A DNA stretch of 64,000 nucleotides from Microbotryum violaceum (GCA_001244265.2 CDLV01000013.1:62001-126000); one strand, 5' to 3'. Counted from the stretch's first letter, positions 48,140 through 62,832 are shown. Numbers and translations: made by a program. The notes: generated by a model from the letters alone, not told the origin.

Positions 48140-49351
48140 ATGCGAAGTAGTACAACAATACTCCTAGTCGTCCTCTCAACATGGGCGTTTATTGGTATTC
48201 AAGCGTTGGATGTGGTATATCCTACAGCGCCGGTCGTGTTTGAGTAAGCTGGGCGCTTCGGCGTCCGCTCTGGTCGACGCTTGCTCTTGCGGGCTGGGAT
48301 TGGGTTCCGCCGAGATGGGCGCGAGCAAGGCAGCGGCATGGCGAGGGCCCCGCTTGGAAGTACATGCGATAACAAATCATAGTATCATTTTACATGCTTC
48401 GAAGCACCACGCGAGCCCCAGCCAACAGCCCCCCTGTTCAACGTCACCGTTCCCACGATCAGGGACTAACCGTACCGGCCTTTCTTACCTGACAGTCAAT
48501 CCGGCGCCATCGAGAACCGAATCGTCTGGTCGCTAACCCCCTTAACAAACCCACCCCCTGCGACCAACTTTTTCGACATTTGGATGCGTAACGGGAGAGG
48601 GGAGATCTACCCCGATGCCTTGAACGTGAGTGTATCCGTGCCTGAACTTGCAGTGGCACGATCCAAAAAAACTTTCTCCAGCCAGAAGCCTAATCGCTCA
48701 CACGCCCCGTGCCATTTCCAGGTCTTGATCGCCTCCAATCTCGACATGACCAATCCCAACGTGACCTACGTCTGGCCCGACGCAGCCAAATACGTCCCGG
48801 GACCAGGGTACCAGCTCTTCTTCACCGCACCGGGGAACGCGAGTTTGGTTTATTGCGATTCCAAAGTATTCTCCATCGGGAGTACGACCTACGACGCTTC
48901 GCATACGACGTATACGGGTCCTTCCGTTGAATTACAACCGTCGAGTACGTCGCCTGCTTCGGCGACTGAGCCTGCGACAGAAACCGTGACGGGCTCGGCT
49001 ACTAGTCCGGCGGTGATGTTGACGACGACGTCGAGTGCTGCGCAAGTGGCCGAAACCACAACCGTGACCAATACCCTCTCCGCCTCTCCCACCCCAACAA
49101 CCGTCATTGAATCGTCCTTCATCACTTCCATGATTCCCGCTTCGGCCAAAACGACGGCAACTCCACCGTCAGCTAGTGTCGTTCTCGCGAATTCGAAACC
49201 TTCCTCCTCTTCCCGACCTGTGGCGACGGATTATGCGGGACCGGCGGGACAAGGCTTCAACCTTTTTTCCTCTTCCGGTATGAGTTTGAATGTACGACGA
49301 GCGGGAATGGGTTCGTTGGTGGTGGCGATGACTGCGTTTATCGTCGCTTGA
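48140..49351 (+). CDS. Secreted Ser/Thr-rich, probably GPI-anchored cell-wall protein
   Basis: Signal peptide MRSSTTILLVVLSTWAFIGIQA, PGPGYQLFF...CDSKVFSI domain, S/T stalk, hydrophobic tail after SSSG; internal exons not fully resolved. Confidence 0.78.
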
Positions 49352-49763
49352 GAGGAGAGCGCTGGTCAGCGCGCTTTGTAGCCTGGTAGAGTTTGGTCCG
49401 GTTTGGAGTACCTAGCCTGTAGCTGTCGCGTCTTCCTCTTAGTAATCCTGTAGATACCTGCTGTACAAACACCCATGATACGTCTCATCCAGGCGGTTCC
49501 CCCGAAATTGAGCCCCTTCTGGATAGTGGAAGACGATCAAGTTCTCGTCGCGGCATGGATGAAAGCGTATTGACTCGCCGACGAAGGGGGGTAAAAGTTC
49601 TTTGTTGTTTATGTTGAGATGTTGATTACTTCGATCCCCATCATCACAATGACGAAAAAACCCTCCCTAGAACCCTTCAGACAGTAACACATTCGAACCC
49701 AATACCCTCGCCTTGAAACAACACCCATTCAAACCGAATTCAAACTCTGGGACCCACCAGTCC

Positions 49764-51495
49764 CTACTTATCACTGATACTCATACACTTTACCTTCTCC
49801 TTCACATCCTCCGGCTCATCCGCATCATCCCCGACTGTCCCTCCCCGACTCTCACTCTCAATGATCGCCTCACTAAGCGGTCTCCTCGCCTCTCGATTAA
49901 GGGACGACAACTTGCGATGCGTCGTCCGGGATAGACGAAGGGGTCGCCGGACTACCATGACAGGACACGAGGATTTTTGTAGGAGGTAGTTGGATACGGA
50001 TCCGAGGAGCATGCTGTGTGGGTGGGGTTCCAATGGGTGGGGTTAGCTGGACCCTCACTAAGCGAATGTCTACAATGAACGTCGGTTTGCGTTACCCTTT
50101 GATTTTGCTCAATCCTCGCGTCCCAATGATGACCATCGTAGGCTCGACATAATCAATCTGTGCACGAAGGGACAAGTCGAATAAAGATCAGCCATCAGGC
50201 GTTTCCCCCCCTCGCCCATGCCTGATTTCGAACGCACCAAATCCACCAAAAGATGCCTCGGTACTTTGGCATGGATCGCTTGACAATAGATCGATACGTT
50301 CAAGGACGTCTTTTCCAATAAAGCTGTTGCTTGTCGGGATATGGCGAGGCAGCTCGCTTGGCGTTCGCGCTGGTTGATGATTTTGGCTTTCTTTTCACTC
50401 GACGAGAGGTTTGTTGACTCGGGGTCGACTGGATGAGGAAGGAAGCATAGAAATGGGTCAGAGATCACTAAACACGGGACGGATCAGAATCGTATAACTC
50501 ACACTTGGAATCTGTCTCAATAATGGACACGATCGTGCACTCGTCGCCTTCCCTCAAAACCGTTCCAATTGCCCACTGTGACTCGAGATACTCCACAATC
50601 GATCAGCACCAAAAGCTGCGTCACATTCTAGAAAAGTACTGCCCAAACCCACTTCGATCGCATACAAACTCTCATCACTCAAATCGCTCGCGACCAAGAA
50701 AGACCTCGTCCTCCTCCCTTCGCCAGCTTTAATTGGATCCCCCTGAGTCAAAGTGATACTACAGCGATTCTTCTCAAAGACCGGTCGACCGGTCTCCAGC
50801 TTGAGCGGTTGGAGCGTCTTGCCTGCTGATTTGTTGGACTTGCGACGCAAGAGACCGGGTCCGGATCCGGCGGAGCTTTGGGACGAGTCGATGTTGGGCC
50901 CTTCGCCGGGAAAGGTCATGGAGAGACCTTCGCGGGTGATGAAATCTTCGGGCGTTTGCGTTGAAGAATTGGCCTGGGGAGAGTGGGATACGTGGTCAGT
51001 ACGTCGGACGGTGACCGTGCCACGCGTCGTGGGGGGGGCGAGGAGGCAGTGTGGGGCACGGGCAAGCCAGCTTCTGCGCCAGCGCCCCACCCGATTCTGC
51101 CCCCCTCTCACACAGATAGTGCCGAGCCAACGACTGACCTCTGTATTATTCAACACCTCCTCTGGCCAATCCTCGCCCTCGTCCTCGTCCTCGTCCTCCG
51201 AATCACTATCAAATGCATTCGATGGCCTCACCACGGGTGTCCTATCGCCCTCCGCATCCGACTCGTGATCGGGATCGGTCCTCAACCCTTCCGCACTAGG
51301 ACTTCGTTTCGACGAACCGGCACTCGTTCCGGCGCGCGTTTTGGAAGTGGATCTGCGGCGCCGGAAGGGGGAGAGCGAACGGCCTCGCGAGCGGGACGAC
51401 TCGCGGTCATCGTCCGAGTCATGGCTCGTCACGTTCAGCGACGGCAACGCGTCGGAGGAGCCGCGGGAAGAGATACGTCTGAGGAACGAGGTCAT
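49764..51495 (-). CDS. Universal stress protein (Usp) domain protein
   Basis: FLVASDLSDESLYAIE, IDYVEPTMVIIGTRG, MLLGSVSNYLLQKSSCPVMVVR. Confidence 0.88.
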
Positions 51496-52162
51496 GTTGA
51501 GAGTTGGATCCCGTGTCCCGTTGATGTTGAAGGTGTGCGGTCGGCGGGTGAGGACCGATCGGCCTCTGAAGCGTCAGTCGTCAGTCGTCGGCGCCAAGAC
51601 TCGAGTTGGGCCGGGAAGCGGGGTAGGAGCAGGAAGCACAGCTGAGCAGCGAGCGAACGTACGTGCGCTGTGACGGTCAGCGGACGTATATGCCCAGAGC
51701 AACGCCTGCGGCGAAGAGGGGAAGCGATGCACTTGGGAAAAGGTGTCGACTGGATGAGGTGTGCGCAAGATAGCAAGCAGCGCGTCGATCCCTCTGAGCC
51801 TTCTTGAGCCAACCCACGCCGGCTTCCCCAAGCTTTCCCATCATACCCCCCACACCGACCTGAATCCGAGACCCAGGAAAGCGACAACGCAGCAGTGCAA
51901 GACCGGCAAAGGGAAGGATCATGCAGACAAGAGAGAGCTAATTTTGATCCGGGGTCACCCCTGCTTCTCTCGCTGAAAAGAGACATATCAACCCCTGTCT
52001 CGCTCTCCAGCGCGAAAAGAAACCACTTTGGCCAAAAATCGATTCCGATCGTATCATTATCAAAAACTCATCCTGCATAGAGCACAACAACCGACTTAAA
52101 AGTGATCAAAACACAAGGCGCAAAGAAACAAAATCACCTCGCTGCGTCCTCACTCCTTCGCC

Positions 52163-55100
52163 CTACTGCTCGTTGTCCTGGGTTTGGCACGCCACCCCGA
52201 GCGAGAGGTCGGTCAGCCATGGGTCGGGAGACTAGAAAACAGACCAACACGATCAGCCAACAGCTCTTCACTTCCACCTCCCAAATTCCTCTCAAACTCA
52301 CCAACAAGAAGTACCCATTCATCGCCTCACAAAACCTCGTGTTGTACTGTTTAGGCGTAATGATAGTCGGACCCCCCGGTTTGTTCGAACCCCCACCCAA
52401 AAAAGCTGAATCCTTGACCCAACTCTCGATTCTCTTATCCCACGTATAAGTGCGGATGAAATCGACGATCCCGACGACTAGCTCGTGTTTCTTGGCATCG
52501 ACGCCGACGACGAGCGAATAATCCATCACGTTCAAGTCGGCGAGGAACTTCGAGTCGCTTGCGATGGCGCGTTGGAGGAGGCGTTTCGAGTCCTCCCGTA
52601 CGTAGAGGGGGGTGCGACGGGATATTTCGACGAGGTTCTCATCCATCAGCACTTCGTGGGGGCGGTCTTTGCTCACTTGCACCAAACGATTACGCGTCGA
52701 TCCTTTGAGATCAAAGACTTGCTCGAGTTGGCGGTCGTAGAAGAGGTTCTCAGTGACGAGCACGTCCAATTTCATCGTCTTGCCCGTCGTGGGGTTCTTG
52801 AGCCCCAAGCGGTAGAAGCCAAAAATCTTGGCGAGCAAGGTCGGACGCTGTGAGTACGAACAGGGACTCGAATTTGGATCAGTGCCAGACTCCATAGTCG
52901 TAACTTCACCCATCACCACTCACCCCTGTGGCCATAGCGTTGGACATGTAATCAAAGTACGCCGGCGCGAAACGCAGCAGCGCATCCATCTCCAACCGAC
53001 TAATCTCCTTGACAATGAAACGATCATCTGCACGGCATATCCCATATCAGTAGGGCGCACCCTAGCTACACCATCCAAGCCTCGCTAAACTCACCTTTCG
53101 TCTTGAGGAAGTCGACCTTGGATCTCCCCCCACTCGAATCCCACTTGACGCACCGCGCGAGACTCTCGATGTACTGAGCCGAGCAGGCGCAGTTACGGCG
53201 TAGGGCATCGAATTGCTCGGCGAAGAAGATCTTGCAAAAGAAGGTCGTCGAGTTGTCTTCGAATTCTATTCAAGGTAAAGCGTAGCCTGCTCAGCCAATC
53301 GTTCCGCCCTCTTCCCCTCAGCGTTGACCGGTACTCACGCAAGCGGAAATGCTTAGCCTCGGGCTTGCGCAGCGTGTCCTCAACCGTCGCCAGATCCGCC
53401 GGCGCTTCAGGGGCCCTCCGCGGCAATGTCTCATCGCCATGAACAGAAGCGACATCGTTTATCCTTGAGACTGTTGCCGCCTGTTCCTCAAGCTTGCCTC
53501 GATAAGCTTTCGAGCTGTGGAGTTGACGAACCAAGAACACGGATGTGAGTTTTGAGCCAGAGATTACCGCTGTGCACGTCGACGGCGGCGACCCACCTCA
53601 AAGCAAACGCCAACACGGAGCTAGGCTCGTCCTCACGGACAAGGATCGGGTTATCCGCAAAAAGGTGTTCGCTCGAAGCCCTGTGAGGGTGCAAGTGGAG
53701 TGGTTGAAAATCAGCGACGGGATCGCGAACCTAGAGACGCGCATCACAACGACTCACAGAGGGTATTCAAGCGGAGTAAAATCGGCGCCACGATAGGCCC
53801 ACAAACTCGAGATGGCTTTGATGATGGATCCTCGTTCGGTCCCACTTGATTCCCCCTCTGACATTTTTGGCACAGGCACCGAGTCACTTAATCCCATCGT
53901 GATCGACGTCGTTGTTGCGTTCTCCGCTTCGGACGACAAGGCCGATTTGCCAGTGACGAGTTGCGCACCGCCGCGAGTAGGAGACCCCTCTCTTTTAGAT
54001 CGAACCTCCTCCAATGCCGCGACCATGCCCGAGATGTCAAGGCCGGGCTGAACGAGCGCCTCGGCCATGCTCGAGAGGGGTAGACCGACGTCGAATTGCG
54101 CCAACTCGTTGAAAGTCGATGTTAGGTTGAGCTGCTTGCCCATCTTCGGTGTCGCAGGAGGCAAATTCGGCACGGTCCGCTGGGCAGCGGTTTGCAACGT
54201 CGTCGGAAGCGGTTTCGCCGAAGTCAGGACAACCTCACCAGGGTTGGCATCCTCAGCATCGTCATCATCGTCCGCATCATCGTCCTCATCATCGGCCCCA
54301 GCACTCGCACTCGAATGATGCTCATCATCATCCGAGTCCTTGGCCGCATCAAGCGCATTGTGAAACACCTCGATCGTCGACCTCACATTCCCGACCGGTC
54401 GTGCCTTCTTGAATCCGAACCTCTTCTCACGTTCTTGATCGTTCTCGCGCGAGAGTCGATCGAAATGACTGCGGATTCGAGCGACATGTCGACCAGTTGA
54501 AATGACGCGTCGAGCGGTGCTCGCTCCCGATCCGGTTGGGGTGGCAGTCTTGTTGATCGAGCTTGTCGTAGGTCGTGAGACGCCGAATCCGATCCCCCGA
54601 GATCCTTTCCCGACCTCTCCCCCACCTCCTCTAGCCGACGATCGACCCGTCTCACTTGAATCATCCTTCGATGCTGCGTCCTTTCCCTTGCCTTTATAAC
54701 TCGACCGCGTCGAACCCGTCGGTCTGACCGAAGACGACCTCGACCCTGTCGCAGAAGATGAAGGCAAATCATCGCTGACCCTCCTCGAAAGCCCAGGTGT
54801 GATTTGGCCGGGTCTAGAGCCTGACCTCGATGGTGCGCGCGACGTCGTAGGTGAACTCGTTGATCGGTTCGGGAAGATCGCCTGTTGGGGACTCGTAGGT
54901 CGCGAGTTTTGCGGCGACCGCTTCGAGGAAAAGGGCTTGCGAGGTTGTTCAAGAGTAGGCTTGGGCATTGAGTGACCTCGCACGAGCGCAGGCTTGCGAG
55001 AAGTTGACGGAATGCGACTCGTCTTGAGATCCGCCAAAGCCGATCGACTCGACAAATGGGACACGGCAACATTGCGAGCATCTGTGAGTGCAACCATCGG

Positions 55101-58100
55101 CAGAACCGCTTGAGTCAGTCAATAATCATGACGCAACTTCCACAAGCGTTGGACAGACTCACAACTTCCATCCCTATCCGAAAGCACATCCTTCAAAGTC
55201 GGCCTGCCCTTCGTCCTTGACTTGTTCGAAACGCCTCTCCTCAACGTAGGTCGAGGCGACTCGACCAGTGGACTAGTCGACACGGCACCTCTGAGACCCA
55301 ACGAGTCCGGAGCCATCTTCCCCTTACCGACGCCAGGCGATGCTGAACGACCCTCCGCGAACAAGTTAATGAGATGGGCGACATTCTGACCCGTTCTCGT
55401 CTGTCTCGGCAATGCAGCATGCTGAACTCGATCATTCTCACTCTCGGCGCCACTCGTATCCTCGAGCGTCGACAGACGAACGTTGTAAGGCGAGGGAAGG
55501 TGGGCATTCCCCATTCGGAAAGTGAGGGGTGGATCGGCGCAGACGGTCGAGTCGCTTTCGTTGTCGGTCATGGACATGCGACGGTGAGTATTCGAGATAA
55601 CGGTTACGAAAGCGGATGTCACGGGTGTCGGGGTATGCAAATGAGCAGGCTCGGACGTCATCGCACCACTGCCAAGAGCCGAAAGTGTCGAAGTCGAAGA
55701 AGCCAACGACGTCTCCGTCGAAGTTTCCGTACTCGACTCGACCGTCGACGCAACACTCTCCAACTCGGCCCCCTCAGCCCCCTCGTTCGCCAACTCCAAC
55801 TTCTCATCCAACTCACCCATTCCTCCCATCGACACACTCGAAAACGTAGATGCCGTCGTCGGCTTCCGTTCCGGCGAGAGCGCGACATCATCAACGGAAA
55901 ACAACTTCTTCAACTGCATCGTCGTCAACCTCCTCACGTCCTTCTCCGTAGGGATGATCCTCTGCTCCAACGACGTCCATTCCGCCTCCCAATCGACCGC
56001 CTTGTTCTGTAAAGCCCTTCGAACACTCGTCATCCCAGTCCCATTCGTCGACTGAGCGAGTTCGTATGTCGATTCCAACACCTTTAAGATCGACCTTCGG
56101 TCCTGTTCGCACTTGGCCAACAATTCGGCCATCGCGGCTCGACAATCGTCCAATCGATCGGCTTGGACGAGATCATAATTGAACGACTGGATGCGATGCG
56201 CGATCGAGTCCCAGAACGCCGTGCTCTTTCTCAAAACCGTCAAATACTCCTCATTCCGTAAACGCAATTGTCGTTCAGGTTTGATGTAGACGATCCTTGG
56301 AGGTGCGACGACGTCGCGGAGCTCGATCGTCTCCATCGAGATGGTGAACGTGATGGAACGACACATGATGTACCTCACATGATCCGAATGACCATTATGC
56401 TGACACACCTGATCGGTCCTCTGCAGTCGATGCGGATAGAACGACAACTCGAGGTACTTTGCGAAACTGAGTCGATACGACTCAGGTGACATCGGAGCCA
56501 TGGCCGTTCGTGTGCCGCAAATCTTGCAATACCCGAACATGACGATATGACCTTCAAGCTCAGGCCGATCTAATGCGACGGGGTGCGCCTCGGGTACGAT
56601 CGTCAATCGGTAGGACCCGTGAACCCACGTCTTGTAATGCGCCAAGAGGGGTCGACCACACCCTTGCACACTACAAGGCTTGCCCGCATCCCGACAGATT
56701 CGCTCGACGTATTGGCCCAACGACACGTCCCCCTTCCCGTAGAACGTGAATGACTTGAGCGTAGGTTGTCGACACAACTTGGTCGTCTGCGTGCACCCCA
56801 ACGTCTCCAGCACGACCAAGTGTTGATGCTGCGCCGGATCGAGACTGTCCCGAGTCGTCTTGAGGTGCTTATCCCAAGCGAGCAGGTCCTCGACGTGTCG
56901 TGCCTCCGCCTCGTCGATCTCGGTCATCCTCGATAGCTCTTCGGGCGACTGGAGGATACTCGTTGGGTCATGTGGGACGACAGTTGGCGGGGCCATCGTC
57001 TTAATCGTATCCCCGACATGGATCGTAATCGCACTCGCGCCCGTTGCCGCATCACCGGACCCTAAAGTCGACCCTGCCGAACTCGCCTCGCCCGCTCCTT
57101 CACTGGCCAACGCAGGCAGCGAAACGACCGACGAGAATGCCGAAAGTCGTTCCCTCGATGCCGCCTCCTCCACCAGAATCTGCTCCGTCTCTTCATACTC
57201 GCGCAGATCACGTAATTCAGTCAACTTGCGATCGTCGTGACTCAACTTCGCGAGAGAGTACGGCGGTGGGTAATGCACGAAGGGCGAGCCGGAGAGCGCG
57301 GTGCGAGCGAAGGGTCGTAAAGAGCGGGCGATCTCCTTGGAGACTTGTTCGCGTTCGAGTCCGAGTAGCGTCAACGTCGGTCGAGCAGCCTTGTCGTTCT
57401 CCAGTCCTCGCGTTTCCTTCTCCTTCTTATTTTCTTCGACATCTACCCACTCCGCCTCCTCCTCCTCTTCCACAGCCCCATCCCTCGTCGCGACCAGCAA
57501 CTCATCCCTCAACAAATACCCCTCCAGCCTCGCCCCATAAGCAACCAACACCATCATATCGACGACCCCTTTAATCCTATGCAACGTCTCCCAATCCTCC
57601 CCTCTGAGAAGGATCGTACACCCGAGATTCTTGGCGCAACCTTCGAAACGCATCAAGCTTTTGCGCGCGCCCGGTATGAGCGGATGAACGAACGTCTGCA
57701 CGCGAAAAGTGGTACATCTACCCAACCTCGGTTCGAGCGCAAGTTTATCCATGGACGTAATGATGTCACTCTGCGTCGACCTCGCGACGTGCGCAATCGA
57801 TGACGGTTTGACGTTCCTCGCCACGACGATCCCCTCCTTCATCAAATAATCCAACGCCAATCCAGAAACGTTCTTTTGCACCAATACGACGTGCGGTCGT
57901 TGGGCTTTGACGCGTTGCACGAGATGGTGGAGGTACTCCTTCTCTTGGTGAATGAGCGGATCGATCGAAACGAGTTGGTTCTCGATCCTTTGATATTCCA
58001 ACGGAAAGGAAAAGAGCATCACCCGAGATTGGTCCAATTTCCTCGCCATCTTTTTGTGCAAGACGTTCTTGGTGAAGACCACGCCATCGACGTATTCCGA

Positions 58101-60333
58101 ATCGCGAGGTCTTCCCCCTGGGATCTTCTTGATGCGGACGTAGTTGCGCACATCGAGATCATCCCCTCCTGTCAAATCAGGAACGGTATGTTGCGCGACT
58201 TGAACGAGGAGAGGTACGAGGACGTCCTCCCATACTTCCGGACGAGGGATCTTTGCGCTCTCGAGCATCTGCCGCAACATCTTGCGCGTATGACGAAGGA
58301 CCGCATCCGTGATCCCGATGTCCTGAGGTGGCTCGGTCGAAAACTGCGAATCGTCCAAGAGGGTGAAGGTGCCCGCAGCTGTACTCAACGTCGGTGTCGC
58401 GAGGAGTTGGGGAAGCTCCCTGGCCGCGCCGGCGCGGAAAGCGTCGAATTGACTGCGATGCGACGAGTGCCGGGAATGAGACGTGATCGGTTCCAATGAT
58501 TCGTGATCGTCTTCGTCTTCGCCAGCTGCATCATTCACGGACCCCTCTTCACCGGGACTGGCGTGTTCCTCGAGCTCAGAATTCAGTGAAATCGTCGTCA
58601 ACGTCGGATCGAACGCCACCGCGTGTACCGTCGCTCTCTGATCGCCCAATGCCGACAAGAGCGAAACCGCGGCATCCGGGCCCGCTTTCCCATTCCTCTC
58701 CTCCTCCGAAGTGGTCGTCGTCGTCGTCCCACCCGCAGATATCGGAATCGGAGCATCGACGTCCTCCGCCAAACTTCTCCTAAAAGGAGCGATGGCCATT
58801 GAAGCCGCGGCGACGACCCGACTTGTTTTTCTTCGTAGGAGTTGACCGAAGGGGCCGATCGATATCAATCGCTTCGGATTCTTGCTATCCCCATCTTCTT
58901 CGTCGTCCTCATCAGGAACTTCCTCCTCATCCCGTGTGTCGCGCATCTCATTCGCCTCCTCCCCACCATCGGTATAAGGTGTCCTCGGCCGACTGGACGT
59001 ATCCGAATGAGCCTCCAAAGTCCTCGGGCCGAAATCAAAATCGCTGGGGTTATTGAACGGCGTCTCACTCCTCGGGAAGAGTTGACTAGCCGCGAATTGA
59101 CTTTGAGGTGGTTGGGCACTGGCTTCCAACGGTCCTGAAATGAGGTACGGTCCGTTTTGAAGACCGGGCCTCGAAGTCGTCGTCGTTAACGAATTCGGAT
59201 CCTGGATCGCACCACTTTCCGTCGCTGAAGATCGTTGTGCCGGATCCCCACCATGTTCCAAAACGGACAAACAGAGGTTACAGACCCTGACGTAACCCTG
59301 TTGTCCGAATCTGGCGGACGAGATGATGTTGCTCGCGCAGCGTGAACAGAAAATCTGTCCACAGATGCGACAATGGTGTTTGCGACGAAAGGCGGAGAAA
59401 ACGGTTTCACAATCGAAGCATTCTTTCGACGATTCGTCCTTGATCCAATAATCCTTGGAGAGACCCTGTGGAGTGTTACATCAGCCTCGGACCTTTACGC
59501 GTTGCACCGAGCTGCTGCAACACGGGTAGACTGACCTCGCCTCTCAATTTTCGAATCGCATGAGCTACACTTGCCGACGGTCTCGCGACCGTACTCAAAC
59601 TGGCGACGCTCATTGAATCGTCGGCCATCTCCCTCGCCAATGGAAAGCCTGGAATGCTCGTCGATAGATTGAGCAGGGTCGTCGTTCCCAACGCCTCACT
59701 AATGGAGCTGCGAGTGGATGACCCATGGACCATCGTCGTCGAAGAAGGTCGATTCGATCCCGCCGTCGATCCACTCCCACCGAACCAGGTCTTGTTCGAA
59801 GTAGGGTACAGGTTCGACCCATTAACAGGTCGCTTGGCCGATCGGGTTGTCTCGGTATTGGCCGCGGTGACTCTGACCGATGGAGTTCTCGCCAACAAGT
59901 CGGCGAGTGTACCTGCGCGGCTAGTAGTGGGGGCGTTCCAAGGTGGGGTGGAAGGGGAGGTCGCATCGAGGTTACTTTGCGTCGAAGAGGTTGATTGAAA
60001 GAGGTGGTCATGATCGCCAAAAGTGGTGGAACCGGTGGACCTGTTGCGACGATGATGATGATGTGAGGAAGCGACGGTCGCGTTCGAGGTTGACAACCTC
60101 AACGCTTCGTTGCCCACGGCGGATGAATAACTTGTACTAGCCACAGGTGGGATAGTTGTCGCAGTGGAGGAAGAAGTACTCGATTGAGCACCCGCTTGAG
60201 AGGATGTACTGGTACTGGTGCCGACTATCCATCGCTTGAGTTTGGCGGTCAAGGTGGTTTCAGTTTCCGGATCGGCTTCGTCGATGAAGCGCGGGAACGA
60301 CTCGAATTCGCCATGAACACCCGAGATTGACAT
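52163..60333 (-). CDS. FAB1: 1-phosphatidylinositol-3-phosphate 5-kinase
   Basis: FYVE domain (WIKD...[14 protein letters not shown]), chaperonin-like domain (IKKIPGG...GVVFTKN), Cys-rich region, kinase motifs [31 protein letters not shown]. Confidence 0.96.
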
Positions 60334-61408
60334 GACGATTGTTTCCGTGCGCTCTGGCAGGGCGTACCCAACCGGGAGCTAGAGTTGGTGCGACCTAGCG
60401 AGCACCCCGTGTTGACAGCGGATGAGTCAGCACGTGATGACTTCCCCACGTTTCCGGCGTTGACCACCACCTCACTAACCCCCACTACCCCAAGCGTCCA
60501 CGCAGCGTCGTGCACTAGCTCGATCCTAATATGACGTAGCCGGCGTCGGCACGCAAGAGTGGGGCGTGCAGCGCTCGCCGATCCGTTGGTGTCCGAGTTG
60601 GAAGAACGAAAGAGGAGACGAGGTGCACGTGATCGACGGGTTCGAGCGCAGCCGAGCGCTGTCAGCGAAACTATAGCTAAAGGAGTAGCTCGGCGTAGCT
60701 CGGGGTGAGATCAACATCATTTTCGTTCCAATTCCAGATTGAGGTTTGATTGACGTATTCCGATTATCGGCGGAGTAGGGTTTTGAGTTCGCAGAATTCG
60801 ATCGAGTCAGAGATTTCACCGATCTCAGTAGGCTCGGAGTGAAGTCACTTCTCACTTCGAGCACGACGACTGGCGCCCCACTGCACTGCACGTTAGTTTC
60901 CGCCGAGCGCTCGCTGAGGCCCGAGTCCGAGCTCGGAAAACGCAGGGCACATCTCACTAGTTGTCGCTATCGGTGTTGAGCGCATCATCGTCACTACTAC
61001 CGCCACTACTGTTGTGCCCATCATAACCATCCTCCTCATCCTTGTCGGTATCATCATCATCATCATCATCCGAAATGATCACTCCACTGATTCGCCATTT
61101 TTTATGAGCTCCGGTTGGCGCGTTGCCCTCCGAGTCGCCGGTTTAGGTGGGTTTCGCAGGACATCTACAAAATGTCGGTGAAACCTCGTCAATACTAAGT
61201 AAAGACCTATCCATCCAGTTTTCAGATAGCACCAATATATGCCATGCTACAGCTAGGGGGTACTTTTTAGGGCCAAAATTGCGGAGGGCAACTCAGCCGA
61301 GCGCGCGGATAACTCACGAGCCCCTCCGCGTCTCGTTCATCACTTGACCAACCTGCGCACGCACCCCACATCCCGCCACCCGACCACGTCTTTGCTCTAC
61401 TCATCACC

Positions 61409-62590
61409 ATGAGCGCCTCGCACACCCTCTACGTCGGATCCTTCGCCAGCTCACTCTTCTCCCTCACCCTGACCGTACCCTATCGTACCTCCTCCGTCGC
61501 CTCCCTCACGGTCTCCAATCAGCTCCGCCTCCCCTCTCTCGGTTCCGGTCCCTCGTGGTTGACCCAACATGGAACGACGATCTATACCGCCGACGAGTAT
61601 TCCCATCCTGACGCCTTGCATTCATGCTATTCGATCGATGCCCAAGATCCTACGATCCTGCACTTCCAAGCCAGTCTCCAAGTCTCGAACCAAACCGGAC
61701 CGGTGAACCTACTCCTCTCCTCGGACCGCGCGCACCTCTACGCGGCCAATTACGTCTCCGGATCTGTAAGCAACATCGCTTTGGACCCGAAAACGGGTTC
61801 CTACCTTTTTGAAACGATGCCGCAATACATCGACTTCACCGGTGCGGGACCCCAACTCGATCGTCAAACCGGACCGCATGCGCACCAAGTCGCGCTCGAA
61901 CCGACTAAACAATACCTCCTCGTCTGCGATTTAGGCTCAGACCAAGTCCGGGTCTTTGATACGCACAACCCCTCGGGAGATCTCCACCCCTTACACTCTT
62001 TACCCGTCGCACCTGGAAGTGGACCTAGGCATTTACTCTTCGCAGGGGACGGGACTTTATCGGACCCTACGCTCGTGTACCTCGTGAACGAACTTTCAAG
62101 TACGCTACTCATCGCTCGACTCGATTACCCCGTTGAATCTTCCCCACATCTCACCTGGACGATCTTACAAACGATCTCGATCTTACCTTCAACTCAACCA
62201 ACTTTACATTGGTTAGGTGGTGAACTGGTCCTTTCCCCCGATCGACGACACCTCTTCATCTCCAATCGATCACCCAAGCAAACCCCCGCTCTCGAAGGCC
62301 ACGACCTCCTATCCATCTTTGACCTCGATCTCGCGACGGGCAAGACGACCTCCACCGAACCGACCTTCTTCCCCCTTCCCGGCTTACATCCCCGACACAT
62401 GTCCCTCAGTCCGGAAGGTGATTATTTGGCTGTGGCTTTACAGCATTCGAATAAGGTTGTCGTTTATAAGCGGGTAGGAGCGCAATTGGAATTGGTGAGA
62501 GAGGTGGAGGTGCAGAAGCCGACTTGTGTGATTTGGAATAAGGCAGGTTTGGAGAAGGTGGGAAAGGTCGTTCAGAGTTTATTTGAGTGA
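61409..62590 (+). CDS. Lactonase, 7-bladed beta-propeller (6-phosphogluconolactonase / muconate cyclase family), single exon
   Basis: LYAANYVSGSV, RQTGPHAHQV, CDLGSDQV, GSGPRH, VNELSS, LFISNR, PRHMSLSPEG. Confidence 0.9.
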   Translation: MSASHTLYVGSFASSLFSLTLTVPYRTSSVASLTVSNQLRLPSLGSGPSWLTQHGTTIYTADEYSHPDALHSCYSIDAQDPTILHFQASLQVSNQTGPVNLLLSSDRAHLYAANYVSGSVSNIALDPKTGSYLFETMPQYIDFTGAGPQLDRQTGPHAHQVALEPTKQYLLVCDLGSDQVRVFDTHNPSGDLHPLHSLPVAPGSGPRHLLFAGDGTLSDPTLVYLVNELSSTLLIARLDYPVESSPHLTWTILQTISILPSTQPTLHWLGGELVLSPDRRHLFISNRSPKQTPALEGHDLLSIFDLDLATGKTTSTEPTFFPLPGLHPRHMSLSPEGDYLAVALQHSNKVVVYKRVGAQLELVREVEVQKPTCVIWNKAGLEKVGKVVQSLFE

Positions 62591-62644
62591 GGGAGGGGTA
62601 GGAGTGGGAAGGGAGGAAAGAAATAGAGTTTGCCTCATTACTGT

Positions 62645-62727
62645 TCAGCACCATATACCTCGTTTCAAAAAAAAAAAAAGACCCCGATCAGCACCATATA
62701 CCTCGTTTCGAGAAAAAAAGACCCCGA
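62645..62727. repeat. Two-copy ~42-bp tandem repeat with A-tract between convergent genes
   Basis: TCAGCACCATATACCTCGTTTC-(A-rich)-GACCCCGA occurs twice. Confidence 0.85.
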
Positions 62728-62832
62728 TTCAAGAGTCTGAAATGAGACAAGTCATTACACGCGCCCACGACCCACGAGTCATAGGATCTAAAAAAATCTA
62801 CACCCCTTCACCCTCAGCTGCCGTGAAACCAT

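Noticed and set aside
60980..61075. CAT/CTA low-complexity tract
   Set aside because: Microsatellite-like with no ORF context.
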